Origin: Eledone cirrhosa
Taxonomy: Eukaryota
DNA length: 64,000 nucleotides
Direction: 5' to 3'
NCBI GenBank assembly: GCA_964016885.1
Contig: OZ024743.1
Span: 270,630,001 to 270,694,000, forward strand
Under the pieces are notes generated by a model, which was not told where the DNA came from, ran no database searches, and worked only from the letters and a program-made list of their open reading frames with translations. Shown here one piece after another: positions 13,665 through 27,600 of the stretch (position 1 is the first letter of the stretch; every line of letters begins with the position of its first letter). The translations under genes were made by a program, and so were the position numbers.

Positions 13665-14095
13665 TCATTGCTGTAGTGGAATCTGTGCTGCTGTACGGAT
13701 CTGAGACTTGGACACTGACCAAGAAACTCACTCAGATGGTGAATGGGTGCTACACGAGAATGCTGAGGATGGCTCTGAACATTAATCAGTATACACTGAG
13801 GATGAAAAACTTAGAGCTGAATGGGAGCCTCCCAAAAGTCAGCTCAAAAGTGACACAGAGGAGACTGAGTTTAGCTGGACATGCTCACCGACATCCAGAC
13901 TTGACATTGCACTCAGTGCTCCTGTGAGAGCCCCTACATGGACACACAGGAAGAGGAAGACCAAGGTTAACGTATGTTGATGCCCTAAGGATTGACACTG
14001 GTCTGTTGGAGACGCAGGACATGGCAGCGATAATGAGGGACAGAGACCGCTGGAGAGAACTCGTCCATGGATCTCGGGAATTTTACCCGCCCTAG
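13664..14095 (+). mobile_element. RTE-clade LINE, 5'-truncated 3' end, inside (TG)n
   Basis: AVVESVLLYGSETWTLTKKL..GCYTRMLRMALNI..RRLSLAGHAHRH..GRGRPRLTYVD..DRDRWR is a typical RTE ORF C-terminus, with an in-frame stop at 13925. Confidence 0.9.
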
Positions 14096-14369
14096 ATGTG
14101 TGTGTGTGTGTGTGTGTGTATACTACATAAATATATATATATATATATATATTTATGTATGTATGTATGTATGTGTGTGTGAGTGTGTGTGTGTGTGTGT
14201 AGCATACATATATATATATATAGATAGATAGATAGATGTGTCAATAGAAAGGAAATGAAGAAATGTCGCAATAGATGTGTGTAAAATACATAAAATAAAG
14301 AGAGAGATATGTGGACATAAACAATGTAACGACGATAAGGAGTGTTACATTTGGTGCGTTAAACATAAC

Positions 14370-14722
14370 TACCTTCTCGTGAAATTAACGGGCTTTCCAC
14401 GGTCTCACGTACCTTTCATGTAGTTCTGGGGAATATTTTCAGCGTGACACAATGTTTGACAAGACTGACCATCTTAATTACATGTACAATCCACGCGACG
14501 GGTTTCCAAACAGTTTCTGTTCACCCAGTTTCACCCACAATGAATAAGGTTGAACAGAAGCTATGGTAGACGACACTTGTCAAAGATACAACGATCTGCG
14601 ATCGAACAGGTATGGTTAAACCCATGGCTATGGTAAATTTTCCACGATGCCACGCTATGCCATCGAACCCGGGATCTATTGATTGCGAAGCTAACGATTT
14701 AACCACTTTTCTATGCTGCGTC
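14370..14722 (-). mobile_element. tRNA-derived SINE, family S2
   Basis: Minus-strand head AGTGGTTAA..CCCGGGTTCGAT. The body resembles 60097-60418 and 50755-51005. Confidence 0.65.
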
Positions 14723-15008
14723 CACTAATCTGACCGTATACATGTATAAAGTGACTTTATAGAGCAATTTTTTGGGTCACATTTTTATCCTTCACTTTCT
14801 TAAATAGTTTGGCTTCACATTCCATAAGCTGTTGGCTTCGGCAAAACACGAGAACCAGTCCACAAAGGTACATACATAATATATTGATACCACTCTACAC
14901 CATGCATAAAGTCATCCTCATCAGTATGTATTTGTTGTTTATACCTATAAATCAACAAACAGTCAATAACAAATATATGTATGTAAAAAAAATATATATA
15001 TATGTGTG

Positions 15009-15058
<50 letters not shown>

Positions 15059-15074
15059 CGTGCGTGTGTGTGTG

Positions 15075-15119
<45 letters not shown>

Positions 15120-15141
15120 GTGCGTGTGTGTGTGTGTGTGC

Positions 15142-15311
<170 letters not shown>

Positions 15312-15409
15312 GTGTGTGTGTGTTTCGGGTGAGAGAGCCGACGGAAATTTTCTCTGGCAGACTGCCTGCTATACTGCTGGCTGCCCAGCAAAGAACATTT
15401 CTCGAAATG

Positions 15410-15457
<48 letters not shown>

Positions 15458-15693
15458 TCAATCATAGTAACAATAACAATAATGATATTAAACATAATAC
15501 AATGGATAATAATAGTGTAGAAAATTATGACGATGGTGATGATGATAAGGAAACAGCTTGATACCTAGCAATCCTACGAAATGGTGAGGAAATAAAAGAA
15601 ATAATAAGAATAAGAGTAATAATGGTAATAACAACAATAATGACAACAACAACACTAGTGAAGGTAACGATGATAATGAAGATAATGGTGATG

Positions 15694-15775
<82 letters not shown>

Positions 15776-15784
15776 GTATGTATG

Positions 15785-15900
<116 letters not shown>

Positions 15901-16294
15901 TGTATATAATATGGCGGAAAGAAAAATATACACCTGAGCGAAAGAACCAAAAAAAAGAAGAACGAGAGGAAGAAATAAATAAACAAACAAAGAAAATAAA
16001 AAAGAAAAAAAATAAAAAAAAAAGAAAAAAAAAAGAAAGAGAAAACTGCTAGGTGAATGAATGAAAAGACATCATCATCTGTGTTGGTTTTGTGTTTATA
16101 ATATGTATGTAATGAGAATTATTAGCTTTCTCTAACATAGTGGTGCTATATTAATAATGCCAATAGGCTTTTCTGTCACAACACCAACAAGTTTGATTAT
16201 ACCAATCCATAAAGTGTAAGTAGGGAGAGCAGAGGGCTTGAAGAAGAAAATTGTACGTGCGTTAGGATATCTGAAGCAGTTAGAGTGAACGGAA

Positions 16295-16337
<43 letters not shown>

Positions 16338-16367
16338 GTACAAACCCAGGAATGTAGACACACACAC

Positions 16368-16407
<40 letters not shown>

Positions 16408-16426
16408 TAATATATATATATAAATG

Positions 16427-16482
<56 letters not shown>

Positions 16483-16684
16483 ATTGGTATATTTACCAAC
16501 ATATGCGTACAGATGTACACTAATGCTAGCAAATACATAAGTTATGTCATAGTATCTAGGTGGTTCTATGCAGGGGGATGCAGAACAATTATATGAAAGA
16601 CGTAAAATAAGAAAATTTTAAAAATTAAAAATTAACTTACTTACTAAAATGTTCACTCTTTTTAAAATGTTCTTATTTTACGTC

Positions 16685-16780
<96 letters not shown>

Positions 16781-17193
16781 ATATACATATATATATTTGT
16801 ATATTTGTATATTTGTATATACATATATATAAATGAATATATATATATATATATATATATAAGTGAATATATGAATATATAAATATATGTATGTATATAT
16901 AAAAACAAATAACGAAACGAAATTAAATTTCGTTTCGTTTGTAACTCACTTTTGTATGACTGACGCTTAAACAATTAAGTTAAAAATGTACATCCGCATA
17001 TGTATACTGAAATACTCGTATGCATATGAATACACACACGTATACATATGTAGATGTACCAAGTCTTTCACTGGTTACTTTACTGTGAGTATCCAGCTAT
17101 TCTGTATGTAAACACACAGACAAACCGGTTTTTAGAGTCATACTGGTTTTTGAGGAAACACCTTTCCTCTATTCTCCAGAAAGCCAGACAAGG

Positions 17194-17238
17194 AATATTG
17201 AACTAGTTTCGTTGTTGTTACAACTCATCAGCAATATT
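17194..17238 (-). ncRNA. Type I hammerhead ribozyme, family B (inverted arm)
   Basis: Reverse complement of 17571-17615. Confidence 0.88.
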
Positions 17239-17570
17239 TACCTATCTACCGGCCTTTCTGGAGAATCGTAAAAGCACATATCGTTATATGCTTTTTCTAT
17301 GAAAATTAGTAGTGGGCTTAAATACTAGTATTTCAGTATACATATGCGGATGTACATTTTTAACTTAATTGTTTAAGCGTCAGTCATACAAAAGTGAGTT
17401 ACAAACGAAACGAAATTTAATTTCGTTTCGTTATTTGTTTTTATCGTCTCCGTTGAACCGGTACGTACTCACACTCTATGCAAATTAGTCTGCCCACTAC
17501 TAATTTTCATAGAAAAAGCATATAACGATATGTGCTTTTACGATTCTCCAGAAAGGCCGGTAGATAGGTA

Positions 17571-17615
17571 AATATTGCTGATGAGTTGTAACAACAACGA
17601 AACTAGTTCAATATT
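17571..17615 (+). ncRNA. Type I hammerhead ribozyme, family B
   Basis: AATATTG-CTGATGA-GTTGT-AACA-ACAAC-GAA-ACTAGT-T-CAATATT. Stem I is extended by ATTCTCCAGAAAG/CTTTCTGGAGAAT (17543-17638). Confidence 0.9.
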
Positions 17616-18036
17616 CCTTGTCTGGCTTTCTGGAGAATAGAGGAAGGGTGTTTCCTCAAAAACCAGTATGACTCTAAAAACCGGTTTGTCTGTGTGTTTA
17701 CATACAGAATAGCTGGATACTCACAGTAAAGTAACCAGTGAAAGACTTGGTACATCTACATATGTATACGTGTGTGTATTCATATGCATACTAGTATTTC
17801 AGTATACATATGCGGATGTACATTTTTAACTTAATTGTTTAAGCGTCAGTCATACAAAAGTGAGTTACAAACGAAACGAAATTTAATTTCGTTTCGTTAT
17901 TTGTTTTTATCGTCTCCGTTGAACCGGTACGTACTCACACTCTATGCAAATTAGTCTGCCCACTACTAATTTTCATAGAAAAAGCATATAACGATATGTG
18001 CTTTTACGACTCTCCAGAAAGGCCGGTAGATAGGTA

Positions 18037-18081
18037 AATATTGCTGATGAGTTGTAACAACAACGAAACTAGTTCAATATT
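18037..18081 (+). ncRNA. Type I hammerhead ribozyme, family B (second tandem unit)
   Basis: Identical to 17571-17615, shifted by 466. Confidence 0.9.
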
Positions 18082-18305
18082 CCTTGTCTGGCTTTCTGGA
18101 GAATAGAGGAAAGGTGTTTCCTCAAAAACCAGTATGACTCTAAAAACCGGTTTGTCTGTGTGTTTACATACAGAATAGCTGGATACTCACAGTAAAGTAA
18201 CCAGTGAAAGACTTGGTACATCTACATATGTATACGTGTGTGTATTCATATGCATACTAGTATTTCAGTATACATATGCGGATGTACATTTTTAACTTAA
18301 TTGTT

Positions 18306-18360
<55 letters not shown>

Positions 18361-18647
18361 GACGTATATATATATATATATATAGTTTGCATTATGAATA
18401 TACGTACGTATGTACTTCATATGTATGTTTGTATGTATATAATGTATGTATATATATGTGTGTATGTTTGTATACTTCTATCTATGTATATTTGCATGTA
18501 TGTATGTATGTTTTTGTATATGTGAGAATTTATCCTGGCAAAACAATGTTCCACTTTTGCTCGTCAAATGAACATTTTGTATTGACTACTCATTTGAAAA
18601 GATCTCCCTTACTTTTGTCGTAAGAATTGCCAGAGACCGCACACACA

Positions 18648-18683
<36 letters not shown>

Positions 18684-18760
18684 ACACACACACACCACAC
18701 ACACACACACATACACACACACACACACACACACATACACACCACGCACACACACGCACA

Positions 18761-18811
<51 letters not shown>

Positions 18812-18817
18812 ACACCA

Positions 18818-18871
<54 letters not shown>

Positions 18872-19147
18872 TCATATATACGTATATATATATATATATT
18901 AGTTTACGCAACTAGTCGAAGAATATCGGTACAATCCCAGCCGTCATTTACTCAATGATATCATAAGAAACGTTAGAAATACAAACTATAAAGTACATGT
19001 GGGTAATGATATTTGTATATCATTAAAGCCGGACAGTCAAACAGTTTCGGTGCTCCAGTCTGTCAACAATAATTCCAACTGCAACCATATCCTCAGTAGT
19101 TAAGTAATATCTGCCGACATTACATACTGGCATACGTACTTACAAAC

Positions 19148-19993
19148 ATGGTGGCTGCCAACTCGTTTTCGAGTACGGCCACTACTTTATATCCATGTAG
19201 GAGAACCCCTACCGAAGCGCTGAACGAGTGTGACTTTTTAGTCCAGCCAGCGACTTGAAAACTCTGGTACAAACACTACACTTGTGACAATTATTGACAC
19301 ATAGTGCTGGGCCCATGGTACCATGTGACGACAAGTGCAGAGAGATCTCAAGATATAAAGCAATGCCTGTGCCGTGAAGCTTTTATAGTGAGCAAAGGCA
19401 CTGCACAAAGCCAGTCCCACTCTCTTAACCAAGATGATATTTACCAAAAAGAAGAACAAGTCAACATCATTGGATACCATCAGCGTTGCAGGTGTTATAT
19501 CAGAGTTTTCCTTCTCCTAGAATTCTGCCTTGACAAAGGCTAAGGGGTCATCTCTCCCGGTGATTTTGGATGGCCATTGACTCTTAAGAGCTCCTTTGCC
19601 CTTTGACAGGTTTTGTTTTTAGTCCTGCAGGATGTCCAAAGTCACCCTCCTCACCAAGAAACCTTGGTGGGATTGCCAGTTTAGTCGCCAACGACCCGAC
19701 CATGAGACAGGTTGTACTGGGATACATGTTACCAGTAGCACCAACTGGTGACCTGACATACATACATACATACATACATACATACATACATACATACATA
19801 CATACATACATACTTACATACATACATACATACATACTTACATACTTACATACATACATACACACACACATACATACATACATACATACATACATACAGG
19901 CATACATACTTACATACATACATACATACATACTTACAGGCATACATACATACATACTTACATACATACATACATACATACAGGCATACATAC

Positions 19994-20024
<31 letters not shown>

Positions 20025-20025
20025 C

Positions 20026-20056
<31 letters not shown>

Positions 20057-20516
20057 CATACTTACATACAGGCATACATACATACATACATACATACATA
20101 CATACATACATACATACATACATACATACATACATACTTACATGGTGGCTGCCAACTCGTTTTCGAGTACGGCCACTACTTTATATCCATATAGGAGAAC
20201 CCCTACCGATGCGCCGAACGGGTGTGACTTTTTAGTCCAGCCAGCGACTTGAAAACTCTGGAACAAACACTACACTTGTGACAATTATTGACACATAGTG
20301 CTGGGCCCATGGTACCATGTGACGACAAGTGCAGAGAGATCTCCAGATATAAAGCAATGCCTGTGCCGTGAAGCTTTTATAGTGAGCAAAGGCACTGGGA
20401 TACATGTTACCAGTAGCACCAACTGGTGACCTGACATAACTTACATACATACATACATACATACATACTTACATACTTACATACATACATACATACATAC
20501 GACCCGACCATGAGAC

Positions 20517-20547
<31 letters not shown>

Positions 20548-20560
20548 CAGGCATACATAC

Positions 20561-20591
<31 letters not shown>

Positions 20592-21275
20592 CATACATAC
20601 ATACAGGCATACATACTTACATACATGGTGGCTGCCAACTCGTTTTCGAGTACGGCCACTACTTTATATCCATGTAGGAGAACCCCTACCGATGCGCTGA
20701 ACGAATGTGACTTTTTAGTCCAGCCAGCGACTTGAAAACTCTGGTACAAAGACTACACTTGTGACCATTATTGACACATAGTGCAGGGCCCATGGTACCA
20801 TGTGACGACAAGTGCAGAGAGATCTCCAGATATAAAGCAATGCCTGTGCTGTGAAGCTTTTATAGTGAGCAAAGGCACTGCACAAAGCCAGTCCCACTCT
20901 CTTAACCAAGATGATATTTACCAAAAAGAAGAACAAGTCAACATCATTGGATACCATCAGGGTTGCAGGTGTTATATCAGAGTTTTCCTTCTCCTAGAAT
21001 TCTGCCTTGACAAAGGCTAAGGGGTCATCTCTCCCGGTGATTTTGGATGGCTATTGAGTCTTAAGAGCTCCCTTGCCCTTTGACAGGTTTTGTTTTTAGT
21101 CCTGCAGGATGTCCAAAGTCACCCTCCTCACCAAGAAACCTTGGTGGGGTTGCCAGTTTAGTCGCCAACGACCCGACCATGAGACAGGTTGTACTGGGAT
21201 ACATGTTACCAGTAGCACCAACTGGTGACCTGACATAACTTACATACATACATACATACATACATACTTACATAC

Positions 21276-21306
<31 letters not shown>

Positions 21307-21339
21307 CATACATACATACATACATACATACATACATAC

Positions 21340-21370
<31 letters not shown>

Positions 21371-21479
21371 GAGGCATACATACATACATACATACATACA
21401 TACATACATACATACATACATACAGGCATACATACTTACATACATATATACATACATACATACATACATACATACATAC

Positions 21480-21510
<31 letters not shown>

Positions 21511-22670
21511 CATACATACACACAGGCATACATACATACATACATACACACATACATACATACATACATAGATACATACATACATACATACATACATACA
21601 TACATACAAACGAGGAAGAATATATTGAGACAGATGGCACTAAGGAATACTGGTGGAACCTGAAAATAAAAACTGCCACCAAATTAAAGCACAACCGGCC
21701 TGATATTGTAGTTTGGGACCACACATTGAAAACGTGTTCTGTTGTGGAGATCAGCTGCCCACTTGATGTAAACGTTGTCAGAAAAATACAGGAGAAGGAG
21801 GACATCTACGGACCATTGATGAGGAGTTTACAAATCCAGTATCCAAGATACACCTTTAGCTTCATACCCATCATTATTGGTGCTACGGGTTATATACCAA
21901 CCCGCTTGGACCAAAGTATGACTGAACTTGGACTTGCGGACAAAAAGCGCAGCTCCCTAATTCATAGTCTACAAATGGTTGCGATAGCTGGCACCTTCAA
22001 AATTTGCAAAACATGCTTGCGATTCAAGGGATGACAATTTCTTTTCTTTTACAACCTTGCCACCAGGAAGGTGGCCGGTCAAAAAAATATACTCGAAATT
22101 AAGAGAACGAGATAACATACTTACATACATACATACATACATGCATACATACATACATACTTACATAGATACATACATACATACAGGCATACATACATAC
22201 ATACATACATACATACATACATACATACATACATACATACATACATACATACATACATACATACATACTTGGTGGCTGCCAACTCGTTTTCGAGTACGGC
22301 CACTACTTTATATCCATGTAGGAGAACCCCTCCTGATGCGCTGAACGAGTGTGACTTTTTAGTCCAGCCAGCGACTTGAAAACTCTGGTACAAACACTAC
22401 ACTTGTGACAATTACTGACACATAGTGCTGGGCCAATGGTACCATGTGACGACAAGTGCAGAGAGATCTCCAGATATAAAGCAATGCCTGTGCCGTGAAG
22501 CTTTTATAGTGAGCAAAGGCACTGCACAAAGCCAGTCCCACTCTCTTAACCAAGATGATATTTACCAAAAAGAAGAACAAGTCAACATCATTGGATACCA
22601 TCAGGGTTGCAGGTGTTATATCAGAGTTTTCCTTCTCCTAGAATTCTGCCATACATACTTACATACATAC

Positions 22671-22701
<31 letters not shown>

Positions 22702-23398
22702 CATACATACATACATACATACATACATACAAACAGGCATACATACTTACATACATGGTGGCTGCCAACTCGTTTTCGAGTACGGCCACTACTTTACATC
22801 CATGTAGGATAACCCCTACCGAAGCGCTGAACGAGTGTGACTTTTTAGTCCAGCCAGCGACTTGAAACCTCTGGTACAAACACTACACCTGTGACAATTA
22901 TTGACACATAGTGCTAGGCCCATGGTAGGACAATTATTGACACATAGTGCTGGGCCCATGTGAGGACAAGTGCAGAGAGATCTCCAGATATAAAGCAATG
23001 CCTGTGCCGTGAAGCTTTTATAGTGAGCAAAGGCACTGCACAAAGCCAGTCCCACTCTCTTAACCAAGATGCTATTTACCAAAAAGAAGAACAAGTCAAC
23101 ATCATTGGATACCATCAGGGTTGCAGGTGTTATATCAGAGTTTTCCTTCTCCTAGAATTCTGCCTTGACTAAGGCTAAAGGGGTCATCTCTCCCGGTGAT
23201 TTTGGATGGCCATTGACTCTTAAGAGCTCCTTTGCCCTTTGACAGGTTTTGTTTTTAGTCCTGCAGGATGTCCAAAGTCACCCTCCTCACCAAGAAACCT
23301 TGGTGGGGTTGCCAGTTTAGTCGCCAACGACCCGACCATGAGACAGGTTGTACTGGGATACATGTTACCAGTAGCACCAACTGGTGACCTGACATAAC

Positions 23399-23429
<31 letters not shown>

Positions 23430-23797
23430 CTTACATACATACATACTTACATACATACATACATACATGGTGGCTGCCAACTCGTTTTCGAGTACGACCA
23501 CTACTTTATATCCATGTAGGAGAACCCCTACCGATGCGCTGGACGAGTGTGACTTTTTAGTCCAGCCAGCGACTTGAAAACTCTGGTACAAACACTACAC
23601 TTGTGACAACTATTGACACATAGTGTTGGGCCCATGGTACCATGTGACGACAAGTGCGGAGAGATCTCCAGATATAAAGCAATGCCTGTGCCGTGAAGCT
23701 TTTATAGTGAGCAAAGGCACTGCACAAAGCCAGTCCCACTCTCTTAACCAAGATGATATTTACCAAAAAGAAGAACTAGTCAACATCATTGGATACC
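19148..23797 (-). mobile_element. Cluster of six copies of an about 610-bp RTE-derived non-autonomous retroelement (family R1) in a (CATA)n array
   Basis: Full copies at 19148-19757, 20625-21237 and 22755-23397. Deleted or truncated copies at 20142-20437, 22270-22650 and 23467-23797. Each has the RTE-type 5' motif CTAGGAGAAGGAAAACTCTGA where complete, a C-terminal zinc-finger remnant CSVCTRGFKSLAGLKSHTR and a (TATG)n tail. Confidence 0.85.
21606..22115 (+). mobile_element. 5'-truncated copy of the R4/Dong-like element (RLE end plus 3' UTR)
   Basis: Near-identical to 28294-28803, with (CATA)n on both sides. Confidence 0.92.
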
Positions 23798-23989
23798 ATA
23801 CATACATACATACATACATACATACATACATACATACATACATACATACATACATACTTACATACATACATACATACATACATGCATACATACATACATA
23901 CATTCTTACATACATACATACATACATACATACATGCATACATACATACATACATACATACATACATACATACATACATACATACATAC

Positions 23990-24020
<31 letters not shown>

Positions 24021-24091
24021 CATACATACATACATACATACATACATACATACATACATACATACATACATACTTACATACATACATACAT

Positions 24092-24531
24092 AGTGGCTGC
24101 AATCTCTGCTAAGAGTATTGCAATCGCTAGTCAGATTACAGAAACTGATGCACTTTTAAGCTACAGCCAGCCACACGAACCTGTAAGATATACTGAACAA
24201 GCAATGCTGGTGCTTTAAAGGTTTTTTTAAGTGGTGAAAGGCCTTGCACTCAAGCAAACCCACTCTATTAGCATCGAAAACACTACCTGAAAAAGAGAAC
24301 TGGTAAACATCATTGGATGCTTCCGAAGCCGCAGGCTTTTTTTCATCTGGGGCCTTTCACTCCCAGATGAAAAAAAAAAAAGTACTATTTGGATGGCCGT
24401 TGACTCTGCTGAGTCCCTCTGCCCTTCACTGGGTCTTGTATTTCATCCCGCAGGGTGTTCAGATATCACCCTCCTCATCAAGCAAGCTTGGTGGCGTTGC
24501 CGGTTTAGTCACCGACGACTCGACCATGAGA
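24092..24531 (-). mobile_element. RTE-related non-autonomous element, family R2
   Basis: Shares 5' and central blocks with R1. Other copies lie at 61487-61795 (-) and a 3' tip at 58455-58503 (+). Confidence 0.7.
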
Positions 24532-24609
24532 CATACATTCATACATACATACATACATACATACATACATACATACATACATACATACATACATACATAC
24601 ATACATACA

Positions 24610-27600
24610 TTGTGGTCAGTGTCCGATAATCGGACGTGTGTAATTACGGCTTACATGAAGGCAACATACCATATATTGGAAACAGTTGAACTACATTACG
24701 CGGTAAGATTACATACAATAATTCTACATAAGTGTTTGAACTGTAAGTGTGTTGTAAAACACCTATTTATATGAACGATACATACACTTATGATATATGA
24801 ACGATACATACACTTTAACATATTAATGCAACGTTGTTATATTACATTTATAAAGAAATATGCAAGTAACGTTTTCGATTTAGAAACAAAAACATAAGTG
24901 TTTGAACTGTGAATATGTTGTGAATGAGTTGTAGAACACCTACTTATATGAATGATACATAAACTTTAACATATAAATACAGCGTTGTTATATTATATTA
25001 CATTCATAAACAAATATACTAAGTAACGGGGTTTTTTTTTTTGTTCTCGATTCAAACGATTCAAGAACAACGTATCACAGTTGTAGAATTAAAAACTAAC
25101 TGAAAAGAAATATTACCCAAGCTGTGAATAACTTTAAATTTGATTCTGACAGAACTTTGTCGAAACTTTTAAAGAAGATCATCGACTATTTTGAAAAATA
25201 AATACAAAATATTAGTGAATAGACGAACTCATCATGGCAAAACGTACAAGTCTCCTTCGACCAAATCGCAACTACAACCGTTGTCTACAGTGGAGCTACG
25301 AGCTTAACAAAGAATTATATGAAGCATACAAACAATCTGAACCCCCAAATTTCGGTTTTATGCAAAGGCTAAAAACTTTATGGAACTCCAAACACCCAGA
25401 ATTAGACTTTTCTCCAAAGCATTTAAATGAACAGGCAAAACGTATCATTAGATGTAAATTGATACATCTAACGGAATTGAGTGATACTACAAATACAGCC
25501 CTTGTAGACAACCACCCCACCTCCACTGACAGACAAAGAGAATGGCCAGCTAAATCTAACAGTAAACAGCTCACCAACAATTTTGCTGAAATCCATCCCA
25601 CTTCCACTGAAGAACAGCGAGAATGGTCAGCTAACTCTAGTAGTAATTGTCACCACATCAACAACGAGGCTGAAATTCATGACTCTACTGTACAAACAGA
25701 ACACCAAAAATTTGTGGACAAGTGATATGGGACGATATGTTTCAAGAGATACACAGCCTTAATGTGAGTGACAGACCATACAACACCAAAATCAGTAAAG
25801 AACCCACTAAATTGGAATTGGAAGCGGTGAACGAAATAGCTGGCAATTATCTGAAGGCTATACGATCTAAAGGTGTAGAAACGACATTTGAAACGCTTAA
25901 TATTTTCTTATATGTTTCAGCTGTCACATTGCTATCACATAACACACATCTAAAACCACGCAATCAAGATACAAACAAAAAGCCTGAACCAGCGTGGGTG
26001 CGAAATTTAAAAAGCAAAATTTTGTCCCTGAGACGAAGTATCTCACACATCGCAGTCGTTATGAAATGCAACATAGAGAGGAACTTCACACGACACCAGG
26101 AAGACCTAAAGAAAAAGTTAGAGAGACGATTTGGAGATACAAAATTTAAAACTTTGAACTCCAAATTACATCAGTTGAAACAACAACTCACAGCTACAAC
26201 AGAAAGACTAAAATATAAGTCAACAGCACATTAACGACAAGTGCTAAATAGATTGTTTGCCAGAGATCCTAAATCAGTTTATCGCAGCTTCGGTGGCAAA
26301 AGCTCAATCCCTGTAAATGACACCCCTTCAAAAGAACAAGTTGAGAGCTACTGGAGATATGTATGGGAAACGGATGACGGATTCAACAGACAAACTAATT
26401 GGCTAAAAGAACTGGAACAGGACTACTTCCAACATGTCCAGACAAAACAATATGACATAGATGGGTCAATACTGGAAACAGCTCTACAGAAAATGTCGAA
26501 TAGGAAATCACCAGCCCCAGACCTCATTACAGGATACTGGTTGAAGAATTTCACTTTCTATCGGCAAGATCTCATACGGCTGTTTACAGAAACCATTAAA
26601 GGCACACAAGAACTGCTCAGATGGTTATCAACTGCCACTACTCTCCTCATTCCCCAAAATAGCCAAACCACCCTTGCTAAAAATTACCGCCCAATAGCCT
26701 GCCAAAACATCATGTATAAATTATATACTGGGTGCCTTAACCTGTTCTTACAGGATCACTGTGCTACCAACAACATCATAACACCTGAGCAAGCTGATGG
26801 AAAGAGGGAGGTGTGGGGTTGCATAGATCACCTACTAACTAATAAAATGATTCAGGAAAAAACAACAAAGAATCGCAGAAACATGACTGTGGTGTGGCTG
26901 GACTATCAAAAAGCATTTGATAGTGTACCTCATGTGTGGATTATTAAGGCTTTACAGTTAGCCAAAGTCCCACAACCATTGGTAACTGCTGTTGAACGCC
27001 TGACCAAGAACTGGTACACCAATTTGATCCTTAGAGGTGAGAAGGAGCAAGTTAAGACTGATAAGATACATTACCAGAAGGGCATCTTTCAGGGTGATAG
27101 CTTGTCAGTGCTACTCTTCGTTCTCTCACTAAATCCACTATCTTACCTACTCAGGAAACAAGGTGGACAAAGAAGTGGGTCCAGAAGTATCTCCCATTTT
27201 TCCTTTGTTGATGACCTGAAGTTGTATGGGCCAAATATCAATGACATCAAGAAACAATTGGACCTCATTACACAATTTTCAACAGACATCAAAATGAAAT
27301 TTGGTGAGTCCAAGTGTGCATATTTGGCAGTAAAACGTGGAAGAGCTGTGCCCTCCTCTAGAAATTTAGAGATGAACGGCCTGACAATACAACCTCTACA
27401 GTCAGGTGACAACTACAGATATCTTGGACAGGATGAGAATGTCAGATATGATGGACCCATAAATAAGGAGAGAACCAGAACTGAATATCTCAGAAGAGTA
27501 AAGAAAATATGGTCATCAGAACTGTCAGCGTACAACAAATACATTGCCCACAATACTTACGCTGTGCCAATTCTAACGCCAACATTTGGCCTGCTGAACT

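Larger units (their letters stand above)
16899..18306 (+). mobile_element. HHR-bearing retrozyme or Penelope pLTR-like element: inverted arm (16899-17317) plus about 2.1 tandem 466-bp units
   Basis: CATATGCGGATGTAC at 17341, 17807 and 18273 (period 466). Segment 16899-17317 is the reverse complement of about 17492-17910. It is flanked by (TA)n on both sides. Confidence 0.88.

Noticed and set aside
19148-24100. Repeat-spacer array resembling CRISPR
   Set aside because: The inserts are copies of one retroelement separated by microsatellite.
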